Assembly (NCBI GenBank): GCA_036172245.1
Contig: JAYWIR010000114.1
Location: forward strand, 1 to 64,000
Source: Raillietiella orientalis
Lineage: Eukaryota
Length of the DNA stretch: 64,000 nt
Reading direction: 5' to 3'
Notes under the pieces: generated by a model
Told to the model about the DNA's origin: nothing
Databases searched by the model: none
Seen by the model: only the letters and a program-made list of their open reading frames with translations
Program-made: the position numbers and the translations under genes
Part shown: positions 30,001 to 41,185 of the stretch, piece after piece
Layout of the letters: every line of letters starts with the position of its first letter
Numbering within the stretch: position 1 is the stretch's first letter

Positions 30001-32092
30001 TTACATCTTATTGGAATCATTGAATCAAGAATATCCGAAAATCGAGCTGTCTCAGGATGCTGCAGGACCATGATAAAGTTTAAGCTCAAGTAAGCAAGCG
30101 AGGTTCGGTGAGGTTACATTCCTTTTCAGTGAGGGAGTGTCGCCGTTGTCTTCACAAAGCTCTGCATACAGCTGATATGCGAAAAACATTTCTTTGCTGA
30201 AATTCACAAAGATTGTAATAAGTACCGATTCACATTATTTCCTAGGAAATTTTGACAATCAACCATTGCCTCCATGTCTTCGATACACATGCTTCCATGG
30301 CAGATGAACCAACTACATACTTTGTTGTAGTTGCGAGGAACTTCCGACGATCTAGTGATTCGCGAAGTTAGCAATACATTGCAACACTTTCTAACAGAAT
30401 TTGCTTCAAATTTAAAAATTTGATGCTGACAAATTAATTCCAATTGCACACAAGTTCAGTTATTCTTTTGATCAATGTCCAGGGGTGATGTGTCCGTTTA
30501 TTTCTTTCTTTATGACGATTTGTTCGCAGATGTAGTGGTCACTGTGTGTCGGAAATTGTTAGAAAACCTAAATGTATTTACGGGAAAGGCGCAGGATGCC
30601 CCTCAAGCAGCGTAAGTACGAATTTCTTGCAATCAGAAATGCGATTTGAAGGCGAAACAGGTAGGTTGATTGTTTGAAACCTGTGTGAACCCTATGTCCT
30701 AACGTTGATGTGTACCAAGGGGAAATGTAGAAAATATGACGGAAGAGTCATTGAACATAGACGAATTTTTATTTCTTCACATTATTGGACGACGTAATAG
30801 GCACAAACAGAGAACTGTAGTTCCCGCCGACTGCCAATAATGTGGTAGCGAGCTGAGTGCTGACATAATTAATTTCTATTCCTATCCATCCATGCACAAT
30901 AGTAGTACTTCGGTTCTTTGGGTTCAGACACTCAATTGTAGACAGTTGGCATAGAGGATTGCTGCCAACTGCAAGTCAGTCGCAGGTTGCTTTTTAACAA
31001 GTTTTGTTTGAAATTTCCATGGCGCTTATTCAAATATTCGTCACCCTGATGGAGATGCAAGCGCACAACCTATTGGAGTTCAATTGAAGTAAATGGAAAA
31101 CCTTTCCCGTTAGAATCTTCGAGAAGTTCAGTGTGTTCCCGAATTCGATACGTGGATTTCCTCCCAGGTTTCATGTTATAAATGATTGCTGCTTACAACC
31201 AGAAAACTGGTGGTCACTACTTGTCACATTTCAATAATGGAAAGTTTGCCTTGGATCCCTTTTCACCTATCATTGAAACCACTGTCGTTCGCATGCAAAT
31301 TTTAGGAAAAACCATGTGTCTACCGAATTCATCATTTAGTGAAATTATTGAAAGTAAGGGAACACAGGCAATTCAAGGTTTCAACGACTGCATCGAATCT
31401 GAAAACGCTGCGATCTGTTGATACTGTCACTCCACAATCCGTTTCTTTAGATGCAAATTAAATAAATACATTCATGTGTGTCAGGAGCTTAATCGTACCT
31501 TGCAGTGATTCCTAATCATGATCAGCTCGCAAGGTGAATGTTTGCAGTCTGTTTTGCTGTTCATTCAAACCTCGAATGCAGAATATCAAAACAGATTGCT
31601 CTCTCAGCTAGCTGGAGAACCTCGTCTTACTTGAATCCAAACGAAGCAATCCAATTCAGTTCAAATTAAAAGTTTCGTGAAATGCAGTTCGTACCATTTG
31701 TGCCTAAGTGCATTTGCGATAAGCTGAGAGGAGCTCAAGACTACGAAGCTCTGCTGGACAACCATTTTGTTAAGGTGACAATGACGATACACTCCAGTAA
31801 TGTTTTTTGTCTGACAAATTTGTAACTATTTTCTGCAAAGAATTGTTTCAATGGAAAGGAAAAAAAATTCCAATATGGATTATCTATTTTATCGTTCGTG
31901 GAATTTATTCACAGAAACAAAACACAACGAACTAAAGGACGTTTTCCGTGGAAACTCTTCAGAATTGCAATACCTTTACTCTCCGATGGGATTCATCTAG
32001 GCACACGATAACAAAATTGGATTGCTTGCGTGTAACGCAAAATGGTTTGTGTTTTCCAAACATAGTCACTGCCAAACGCCACTAATAACTGG
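1..32092. repeat. Tandem array (macrosatellite) of a ~2.65-kb AT-rich unit, 12 full copies + 263-bp partial; open at left edge
   Basis: Anchor TTTCTGCA recurs at 1, 2650, 5304, 7946, 10598, 13247, 15902, 18556, 21211, 23866, 26521, 29175 and 31830 (periods 2642-2655). The same short ORFs recur at this period in the ORF track. Confidence 0.98.
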
Positions 32093-33480
32093 CAAGGGAG
32101 GCCCCGATTCCCTTTGAAGGACTTGTGCGCTCCGCATCGGGAAGCCGGTCTTGGCCTCCTGACGTTGGAGCGCGTGGAAATCTAGCTGCAGTTGGAAACC
32201 CCCGCCATCGTAGCGAAGATGTGGAGCACCCCTTGGTGCATTGCTGCTCCCCTTCTCGCCAGGCGTGTGTTCCGATGCGAACGACTCGCGTCGTTTCTTC
32301 TGTGCCCTGGTCTGAAGATTCGGAGATGCGGCCTAATGCTCGGACGCATAGCAGCCCTGGTGTAGGCGAACGGTTGGATGGTTTGTGGCTTCGCCAGCTC
32401 CTCCGCCTGGCTGGAGAAGACTGGTGACACCTGGGCCCTGCAGAACCAGAGGAGCGAAGATCCTATGAACTGCCAACGAATTTGCCCATACGCCAGCCGC
32501 ACCCTGCGATAAATACTCAAATTTTCCCGGAGTCGAAGGTAGGCGTTGACGACCCCCCATGCTATGGCGATGCCCTATTTTTGGAGTGCGCTTCTGGACC
32601 GCCAGTAGCCGAGGTGGCAAGTCTCCTGCCGGATCGCAGGCTGGGAGAAGATGTTAAGCGGCTGGAACACATTGGAACTGGCGGACGCTAAGACCCCGTG
32701 CGTACAGCCGCGAGGATTGATGAAATGGGGCGAGCTGCTCGTCATCCCTACGGATGTGCTGAAGTGGCTCCTGGTACTCAGGGAATCCAGGAGCCTGCCC
32801 CTTAAGTGGCAAGAGTAGGCGCTGCTACTGCTGCACTGGGGTTTACCCTGCAACACACACCGCTTCCACTGGACAAGGGGAGCGGTTGACACTGTGTGTG
32901 TCAGGTGTGAAGAGCGAGAATCGCTCTTCTTACTTATTGTGGACTGTGCTGTCCTCCGATCCCTCTGGAAACGGTTCGGGACGACCCTCATGCTCCCTAC
33001 GGTCAGCACCCCAAGAGACGTTCTTCGGCCCCTCTTCGTGAAGGACGCACTGCAGCCTGCCGCAGCCATCGCAGCTTTGTGCTGCGTTCGTGGCATTGTG
33101 GCGGCATGGAGCGACGCCAACAACGGAGGAGTGGGTCCACACGCGAGGGATGTCATCCCATACGCCCATCGCTTCTTGCGAAGAGCTGCCGGATGGCCCC
33201 AACTGGGGAATATGCGGATGGACTCCAAGGGCTTCCTTTAACGTATGGGCCCTCCTCACAGCGAATAGTGATTTCTTCCCTGCCCTCCAACTTCTTTTTG
33301 TTTGTTTATTTTTTATTTTTCTATTTGTTTTATCCACATCCCCCTTCGCTGCTGAGGAACGGTACGCCGGGCTGCGTCCCGGCGTCCCGGCAGCTCCCGT
33401 GCGTATGGCCGTGAACGGGGCCTTGTACCGCTTATGCAGACTTTTTTTTAATAAACGCCCCGGGCGTACCCGGGTGTAAA
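32093..33480 (+). mobile_element. A1: 5'-truncated, decayed L1/Tx1-like LINE (ORF2 C-terminal part + 3' UTR)
   Basis: Starts at GKGRPR(F)PLKDLCA, homologous to Y ORF2. C-terminal CVRC..C motif in ORF 32894-33241. T-rich 3' UTR, AATAAA (33450) and terminal CCCGGG-CGTA-CCCGGG hairpin shared with Y. Confidence 0.9.
33450..33480 (+). terminator. LINE 3' terminal module: AATAAA + GC hairpin + short A-rich end (A1; equivalents in X, Y, A3, B1, B2)
   Basis: AATAAACGC-CCCGGG-CGTA-CCCGGG-TGTAAA. Equivalents at 52650-52678 (-), 49905-49930 (-) and 61326-61355 (+). Confidence 0.7.
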
Positions 33481-34100
33481 CCTCCAAGGCAAGTAGGAAG
33501 GTGGTAAGGCGTCCGGCCTCCCCTCAGGAGTATCCCACTTTGGACCCCGAGATGGAGGCCGGAAGCGCCGCCTCCGTTTCCACGGCACCCCGCAAGAAGG
33601 CTGGACGTAAGTCCACAAAGCCGAGGAAGCTCGTCTCCCCTGTCGAAGGGGAAGAGATGGCTTTCGCAAGCGAGAGTGCCATGAGCGTGGGAAACTCGCG
33701 GGACCCGTCGCCCTAGAAACTCCCACGCCCAGACACGGAGGGGATGGAGGGGGTGGGGGCCTAACAGATGCCTCAGGTGCATTAGAAGGCCGAAACCCCC
33801 ATGGACATCTTCCCGCCAAGCAAGAGGCGGGCTCCCCCACACGTTTATCTTCCCAGTAGTAATCCCGGGAATCTCCTCCCGCCGTCGTCTGCGCATCGCC
33901 GTTTGCAACGTGAACGGCATGACAGACGTCGGCAGGAGACCAGACATTGCTTATCTTCTGAAAAACTTGGAGCACCGAGCGGCGCGGACCTGACGAACAG
34001 GAGGGCTACGTAAACGTTCTTCCTTGCCCTACGTCGCGACTGGCTGACCGACGCAGGCGAGCGGAATGCCCATCTGGTTGCAGACGATTTCAACGTTCGT
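33481..34100 (+). mobile_element. A2: decayed LINE fragment (ORF1 C-terminus + internally deleted start of the APE domain), interrupted by element C
   Basis: RKVVRRP..RKKAGRKSTKPRK matches the Y ORF1 tail. This is followed by PGISSRRRLRIAVCNVNG and RRDWLTDAGERNAHLVADDFNVR (APE motifs), with the LQE...NxY segment missing. Confidence 0.8.
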
Positions 34101-34185
34101 TTTCATGGATTTGGACGTGAATTCGTGTCTCTCCGGTGCTCTGCTGTTTAGTTGTGCTTGTGTGTCCCGCTGCATCGTTCTAAGG

Positions 34186-35439
34186 ATGAGCAGTGTACAA
34201 GACAACGTGGAAGTCGTGGAACCAATGGTTTAGGAACTTCTTCCAACTGCAACGATGGCGAAAACCCCTGCGAGCCCCGCGCCACCGGTCAGGAGCTTCA
34301 CGGACGTGGCTGCATCTGTGGCCGTGCAAGGATGCCTCCCCGACCAAGCGGAGATGCAGGGATATGTAGCCTAGGGCTACAAACCTGCTCTCCGCTACAA
34401 TGTAAGTGGGGTAGAAAAGGCGGGAGAAGAGTTCGCGGACGAACTTATCCGTGTGGGAGTGCGAGAGGAGGACCTCAAAGCACTCATGCCTGTTCCAGCA
34501 TTGGGCTATGTGAAGGTCCGATGCAAGCAGGCTGAGCTTGTGCAGCGGCTCCTCCGCACTACTTTGTCCATTTGCGGAAAAAAAGTTTTTCCTTCCTCGA
34601 TGGACGAGTATTTTGTCGTTGTTCTCTCTGACGTCGAGCGGAAGATCAACAACATACAATTGTTGGACGCGTTGGCGAATTTCGCCACCGTTCATGCGGT
34701 GTGGAGGAAGGGGAGTGTATACAAAAAATTCCCCTCCGTCCACACAGGATTTGCTGCGGTTAGAGTTACCGTTTCTAACCGCCACACGCTGCCTGCCACG
34801 CAACAGATCAACGACACGATCATTCACCTATGGTACGTTTGCAAAACTTGCACGTGCGAGCAATGCGGCAAAGAAGGTCATCGGGGTAAAGAATGCCCTT
34901 CCCCGAAGTGCTCCTATTGTAAGGAGTCTGGGCACGAAATAAAGAAGTGCCCGGACATTAAGAAAAAAAAGGAAGCTGCTAGACTCCGGCGTGCCAAACG
35001 GTACGCAGAGGAGAAAACAGCATCTTCAAAAAAACAGGTAGACTCACGAAAGGCCGAAAGTAAAAAAGGCGCGAACGCGATCTCAAAGTCGGCTCCCTCA
35101 GCTTCAAAGCCTTAAAAGGGCAATCATGCGACAGGTAAGCCTATTAAAAAAGGACTACAGGGCTCCGCGCGTACCGCCACTGACCCCGCAGATGAACGCG
35201 GAAATTATGCTCGCGGAATTGGGTCAGCGAAACCAGTCCCTACGTGCGACAAGGCGAAAGGAGGACAAGAGAAAGAAAATTGCATGGTAACCGTCACCTT
35301 CAGCGCTCTGTCCATTTCGGAGGCTTCAATCAGAAACCTCACGAAGGCGTCTGCAGGTCCGTCGAAAAAAGCCAACGAAAGCACCGTTGCGTTCTCTCCA
35401 AACACGCAGCAACCAGCTGCATCCTCCCCAACAAGACAG
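34186..35439 (+). pseudogene. C ORF1, 5' part (gag-like nucleic-acid-binding protein, two CCHC knuckles); in-frame stops
   Basis: ATG 34186 is in frame with ORF 34453-35115. Knuckles CEQCGKEGHRGKEC and CSYCKESGHEIKKC. GYKPALRYNV aligns with GYKPSLVYKV of Y ORF1. Confidence 0.85.
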
Positions 35440-35585
35440 TTTTCCTCAAGTCCCACGAGGGGTGGGGTGAATTTGTTTTTCAAAAATTTTTCTATCAAAA
35501 CATTCACACTACAATCTCATCCACACCATTAGCACTTTTTTTTTTTTACGACTATGAAGTCCTTGGGTAATCACAAGTTCTGCAC

Positions 35586-38500
35586 TTATGGTGGGTTTCC
35601 AAATGTTTGGTTCCGGGCGTCGTCCTCTATTCTTTTTGGGATGATTCGGTACGTCAAAGCTTCTATTTTTCCGCAAATCCTAATGCCGATTTCCCTCCTT
35701 AGAAGTCCTTGTAGGATCACCATCACCGTCCTTGTAGGTAGTGCGGCTCTCCTGGCTTTCCTCATACTCCATCACCGGACGAGTATGGCGGTGATGAAGA
35801 GGGCGATGGTCGTCCTCACCATGGGATTGTAACAGGGAACATTACCATCTCCCTGAAACATCCCGGCGAGGATCTCCATTATGGAGCTGGTGGTCCGTCC
35901 GATGATCCTTTTCAGAATTAGCCAGTCATGAAGCAATGTGGGACACGTCAAGAAGTGAAGACTCGTGTCGATGTCTCCACATGATGTGCAGTCTCGATCT
36001 TCCCTCCTTCCGGTGTAGTGCTTCAAGCGGGACCCACTCGGGATTCCTCCATGATAAAACATCAGGAGGTCATCCTGGGTGACCGGCGGAAGGTCACTCC
36101 TCCAGAGCGCCGTGCCAATCGCTAACAGGTTGATCCGGTCACTCCCGTAGCGATCGGCGGCTTCCTGAAGGGCACTAATATCACGGTCTTCTTAAATTAG
36201 TCTTCGGAGGTTTGTTTTGATTACCGTGATCCACGCAAAGTCGTTGTGGTTCAACCACACTTCGCGAGTCATGTGGGTAAACCTTCCTAACATCATCTCT
36301 ATATACCGAAGTATACGAGTGTGATGTAGGTTGCCTCCTCGCCTCCACTCCTGTATTTGTAGTAGGGTAACACTGGACCGCTGGTGGATCCAGCTTCTCG
36401 TGTCCGGCGGGATAGGAAGCATCCAAGGGATCACCAAGATTGACTCGTCCTGCCAGAGTTCCCTACTTCTCAGCACGATCTTGATTTTGTGCTTTCGCAC
36501 CAGCCGTTTCTTCCTCGTCCAGGTTGGGTCGATTTTTTTCCATTCGCCTGCTCGGCCTAGCAGCGCACTCATCAGGCCTTTCCAGTTGTTCAACAACAAA
36601 GCGCAGGCCCTGTGCGCCGCATACGGCCAGTCATCTCAGTGAGTGGCAATGTCCAGGATGTGTCGCGTATCCATGATTTCTATGGAGTGCGCAAGCGACT
36701 TCATCCCGGAACCGCCTTCTTCCCTGGGACGACACAGAGGTTTGAGACGGACTCTTGGGCGATAATGGCCCCACAAAGTTTTCCTCTGCAGCTTGTGGAA
36801 CTCTCTCGTGGTGTCCTTCTTCATCCTTGCGAAGGCCGCCCTCAAGAGCACTTTTAGAAGGAGCACTCCGTTTCGTATGTTGGCCTTTCACTTAATTCCA
36901 AGGTCCGTTCGGGCGTAGGTGGCTGCTTCCTTGGTCGTTTTCCCTACGATCGCGGTCCACAATAGCTTCGACGCGGACACGTCGTCAATGTAGAGACCCA
37001 GGTACTTGGCCTTGTTCACCGTTCGGAATCCTCTTCTTGCTAGAACGGAGAGATAGAGAATTCCAACGGGCAAAAGCTGGCTTTTCTGGGCGTTGATATT
37101 TAGACCCAGGCCTTGCTCCATCAGGTCTACCACATCGAGAAACGCCCGTTGATTTCTCTCTCCCTTGATAAAAAAGAGTAGATCATTAGCGTATTCCAGA
37201 TTGGTAAGACGCTGGCCATCGATTGTTATGCCTTGCAGTCGTCCGCTCTTCTCGATAAAGGAGGACAACGCCTCCATGTAGATGACGAACAGCATCGGAC
37301 TTTGCGAATCGCCCTGCCGGACTCCCCGTTCCATATTGATTGCTGCCGTCCCCTGGCCGTTGATTTTGATTCCGCAGTACTGCTTCTGGAGTACCGGCCT
37401 CACGAAGTTGCAGAAGATTTCCGGAAGGCCTAGCTTCTCCGGAACCTTCAGCAGGATGCCAAGGCCGATGGAGTCGAAAGCCTTCTCCATGTCAGTGAAC
37501 ATCAGCGTTAGGTTCTCTACGACGTATCGGCTGTGTCCGACGGTGGCCTGGGCACACTTGACATTGTCCGACATGTGACGTCCAGGGACTGCACACGTTT
37601 AAACCGGAGAGATGAGCTTCGCTATGACCCTGCCTAAGCGGTTAGACCAGATCTTCTCCAGCCACTTGGCATCGGAGTTCAGGATTGAGATTAACCTCCA
37701 TTGAGCGATCTGAGTTGGGTCGCCTCCTTTGGACCACAATCTCATCTTACTCTCGTAGAAGCAATCAGGTAGTCTGCTTTCTTCACGGATGCAGAGGGTC
37801 AACAGGTGGAACAAGCGCAGGTAGTCATGCAGGTACCGCTGATAGTGCGTGATGGGTACACTGCGAGGGCCCGCCGCAACATCCTTGCGCAGTTGTTCAA
37901 AAGCAGTCTTCACCTCGTCTTCGGAGAATTCCTCCTCCAGTCTGTTCCGCTGCAGTTCGTCGGTCCTCTTCTCCAGATAGCTCAGAATGGCTTGTTTACT
38001 AGAGCGACAGAGATGTTGTCGCCTGAAGTGTTTCGTGTAATGCCTGTGAAAGGCATCCACGATATCTTCGGACGACTGTCGCTCTTGACCTTCGTACTGG
38101 ATGCAGAAGATTTCTGTTGCCAGATTTCTCTTCTTCAGCACGCCGATTTCCTCTTTTATGTTGTAAAAGACGTACCGACTCTCGTACTGATCGAAGACCT
38201 TTGAAAGCGTGCGAACTTGGATGTTCAGCTCTCGGTACGCCTCCTTCCTCGAGCGCTCATTCAAGAATTGCATATTTGCAAACAGGTGTATCCTGTGTTT
38301 CAAGCTGTCCCAGTCTGCGAATCTTCTAATTTCTGTGATCTTCAGAATCGTCTCCAGGACCGCCTTATGTCCAGGATGTGTCTCGAACCAGGCGGAAATG
38401 TTCATGAGCGCCGCCCTGGTGCCTTGCCTCCGCCGAGGATTCTCCGTTCTTAGGGAAAACCGCACCAGGGGGTGATCGGACACCTTGGTCATAATCTCTC

Positions 38501-39112
38501 GAAAACCCTGGATGCGATTCCCAAGTTCGGTGCTGTGCAGGACGTGATCGATCGGCTTGTGACTTGCAGTTCGCCACACCAGTCCGAACTCTTCGGATAA
38601 CTGCCGATACGCCGTCCTTCCTCTGGCGTCTTCGGAGTGAGTGATCTCATCCAATATGTTGAGATCGCGAGCAACAATCACGCCGTCCTTGGAAGCAACC
38701 GTTTCACGGAGTGCTGCATGCAGCGCCTCCGCACAACGATGTTTTAGCATGTGCGGCCAGTACACGTTCACCAGGATGAGGTGAACAGTAGCGGACCAGG
38801 CTAGCCGCACGCCGATGATTCGTCCGGGTTGCGGACAGAACACTTCTAGAATAGTGTAGGACAAGTTGTCTTGATTAGGACCGCCACACTTTGCGTGTTT
38901 CGTTCTCCCTCGCTGACGAACATCTGCCTGTTGAATCGCCGTTCCATTTGCTGACTAATCTCGAGAGCCATCTTGTAGGTCTCCTGCAGGCACACTTTGT
39001 CTTGTTGTGCGATGGTGTGCACAATCCTTTTCCTTTTTCTCTGGTCGACCACATTGTTTACATTCCAGGAGGCGATGTTCAGCCTCCTGGCGGTCGATAG
39101 GGAAGAGGCCAT
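35586..39112 (-). pseudogene. B1 ORF2 (APE endonuclease-reverse transcriptase), broken by stops/frameshifts; YADD mutated to YAND
   Basis: ORF pieces 38846-39217, 37599-38864, 36888-37574 (DMEKAFD, QGDSQSP, YANDLL, KYLG), 36192-36599 and 35772-36062 (CTSC..H..C). Confidence 0.92.
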
Positions 39113-39125
39113 AAAAGGAAAAGGC

Positions 39126-40823
39126 CTATTTCTTGGCATTCCTGAGCTTCTTCTGTCTGAGAGAGCGTGCTCTTCCAGACAATGAAGAAGCAGCGAGCTT
39201 CTCGCAGCCGGCGTCACTTTCTGTTCCGGTGAGGTCGGTTACTTCCGCCTCCTCCGTCGAGTGTTCGGCCCGCGCGAACAGTTTTCGAGATAGCGTCTCT
39301 GTCTCGACCTTGACGCAGAAGTTCGCCTTTACGTCGAGAAGCTGTTCCTCTACTTTCTCGCGCTCGGTGACCTCCACAACCTGGTTGACCTTCTCCTGTG
39401 CATTGCACATATTCTGCAAGATATTCTCTTGCTGGGGACCGCTCGGCACCTCTAGGACTTCATTAGCCAGTGATGCCAGCACCTCCGTAGATTGCAGGGC
39501 CTCTCGCGACACCGTAGTGGCTTCGGCTATTTTTTCTTTTGCGCCTACCTGCGCTACCTTTATCATCTCGCCTTCTTGCTCTTCACCTTCCAGGATAAAA
39601 GGAGCTTCTTCCTCCTCAAAGAGCATCCTCGTCTTTTCTTTCTTCCCTACCTGTATAAAGCCGTCAACCGATACCAGGACGGCTTCTTTCACCTCCTTCG
39701 GCCTTCCTGCCTTCTGAGAATGTTCCGCCTACTTGGTGTTTCTCTCTCTCACTTGAGAGTGACCTCGAATCCTTCTGCAGTTTGCAAAGTCCGGACAGCT
39801 TCATTTGGCATGTCCGTGTTCCTTGCAGAAGGAGCAAACCTCCGGCTGCGGGCAGTTTCGGACTTGATGTCCTACTTTGCCGCAGCGGAAACAACGACAC
39901 ATTAAACAAGCGCCGGCCCTGTGGCCAAACTGCTTGCACCCGGTGCAGAATATCGGCTGTTGCCGGTAACACACGTTCACTCCCTGGGATTGTTCGTCAA
40001 GAACGGCTAATCCAAGAATCACAGTTCCTTCTTTCAACTTCATTTTGGCGATCATGTCGCCAGAAAATATATTTCCAGAGAAGTTCTGGAATTGAAGGTC
40101 AAGAACATTTCCATACTGCTGCATAAAGTTCCACACCGTTAGTTGAGATGTGAGGATGGAGATGCCGTTCAGAAAAACGGTTGTGTAAGGCATTTCGCCA
40201 ATACCACAAACCATCCTCCCTTGTATATTGATCCCCTTCTGGATCAATCGCTCTTTAATATTTCCACAATCTGTAAAGAATGTGAACCCGTCATTTGCCG
40301 GTATGATCGCCTATATGCGATCAAAATTGATATCCGTTTTATCGAGGGACAGAAACACCTCCCTGATATTATTGAATTTGATCAGCCCAGTCTTGAAAAT
40401 GATGGGCTTCACATTCGTCCTTACTTCCACGATTGGCCGATCCACCTTTTGTACTTTGCTGCATAGCGGCTTCCCGAATTTTCTTGGTGGGTGGACACTC
40501 GCTTGTCCAGGCGCCAACGACGCATAGGAAAAGGGCTGCGCCGCCGCAGCCAAACAAAATGGCGTCTCGCCTTGAACCGCGTGGACGCTCGCGGGTCCTG
40601 CCTGGGACGCCGCCACCGCGAGCGCAACCCTCGACGTCGCCACCATTGCCGCCGCGGGTGGCACCCTCGGCATCGCCGCCGCAAGCGCGACCTGCCCCGC
40701 CGCGGGCACGATCATCGGCGTCGCTGCCGCGGGCACGACCTCCGCCGTCATCGCCGCGGGCACGACATTTGGCATGCCTGCCACCGCCTCGCCATTGCCG
40801 CACGTTACCTCCATGGCTTCCAT
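39126..40823 (-). pseudogene. B1 ORF1 (gag-like, three CCHC knuckles), fragmented
   Basis: ORFs 40311-40823, 39801-40247 (CTGCKQFGHRAGAC, CFRCGKVGHQVRNC, CSFCKEHGHAK) and 39126-39692 are each homologous to B2 ORF1. Confidence 0.9.
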
Positions 40824-41185
40824 GGGGTACGACTATCTCTCCAGTCCTTCTCCAGGTGCCTGCATCCTGGCAGCTGGTCTTGCTGCACGAGACCACTGCA
40901 GGTCTTCCGCCGCGAACTCCTCGCCGCTTCTTTTGTAGTTTCGTCTGGAAACTTCTCCTATCCGGGCACACACGAGGACAATTAACTGATGAAGTTGTCT
41001 TGCGCACAATACATTAAGCTGCGAAGCAAGTTCACCGACTCGGCAGGTTTCCCCGAGTCCCACAAGGGGTGGGGTAGATTTATTTTTCAAAAATTTTTGT
41101 ACAAAAACATACACACTGTAGTCTCATTCATAACATTTGCACTGTCTTTACCACTCCGAGGTCCATGGGTTCACAAGTTCTGCAC

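Larger units (their letters stand above)
35440..41034 (-). mobile_element. B1: apparently full-length (~5.6 kb), decayed L1/Tx1-like LINE, lineage B
   Basis: Colinear with B2 over its whole length. Has ORF1 knuckles, APE (ASWNV, CLQET, IDH, SDH), RT and a 3' CCCAC/GTGGG hairpin. Confidence 0.92.

Noticed and set aside
625..31421. Recurrent 60-160 aa ORFs in the tandem array as real genes
   Set aside because: They are short, overlap on both strands, have no recognisable domain, and open or close between copies. Recurrence only reflects the repeat.
1..32092. rDNA, 5S, tRNA, snRNA or spliced-leader array
   Set aside because: I could not recognise any such gene. Short U2-like words (TGGCTAAG, CAAGTGTAG) are not contiguous. 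An Infernal search would be needed to exclude divergent RNAs.
33481..33500. TSD for A1
   Set aside because: The sequence after the A1 3' end does not match the satellite bases before 32093.
40986..40993. Hammerhead-like CTGATGA near the B1 5' end, or a 5' HDV-like ribozyme
   Set aside because: It is antisense to the element, not conserved in B2 (CTGATTA), and I could not fold the required stems.
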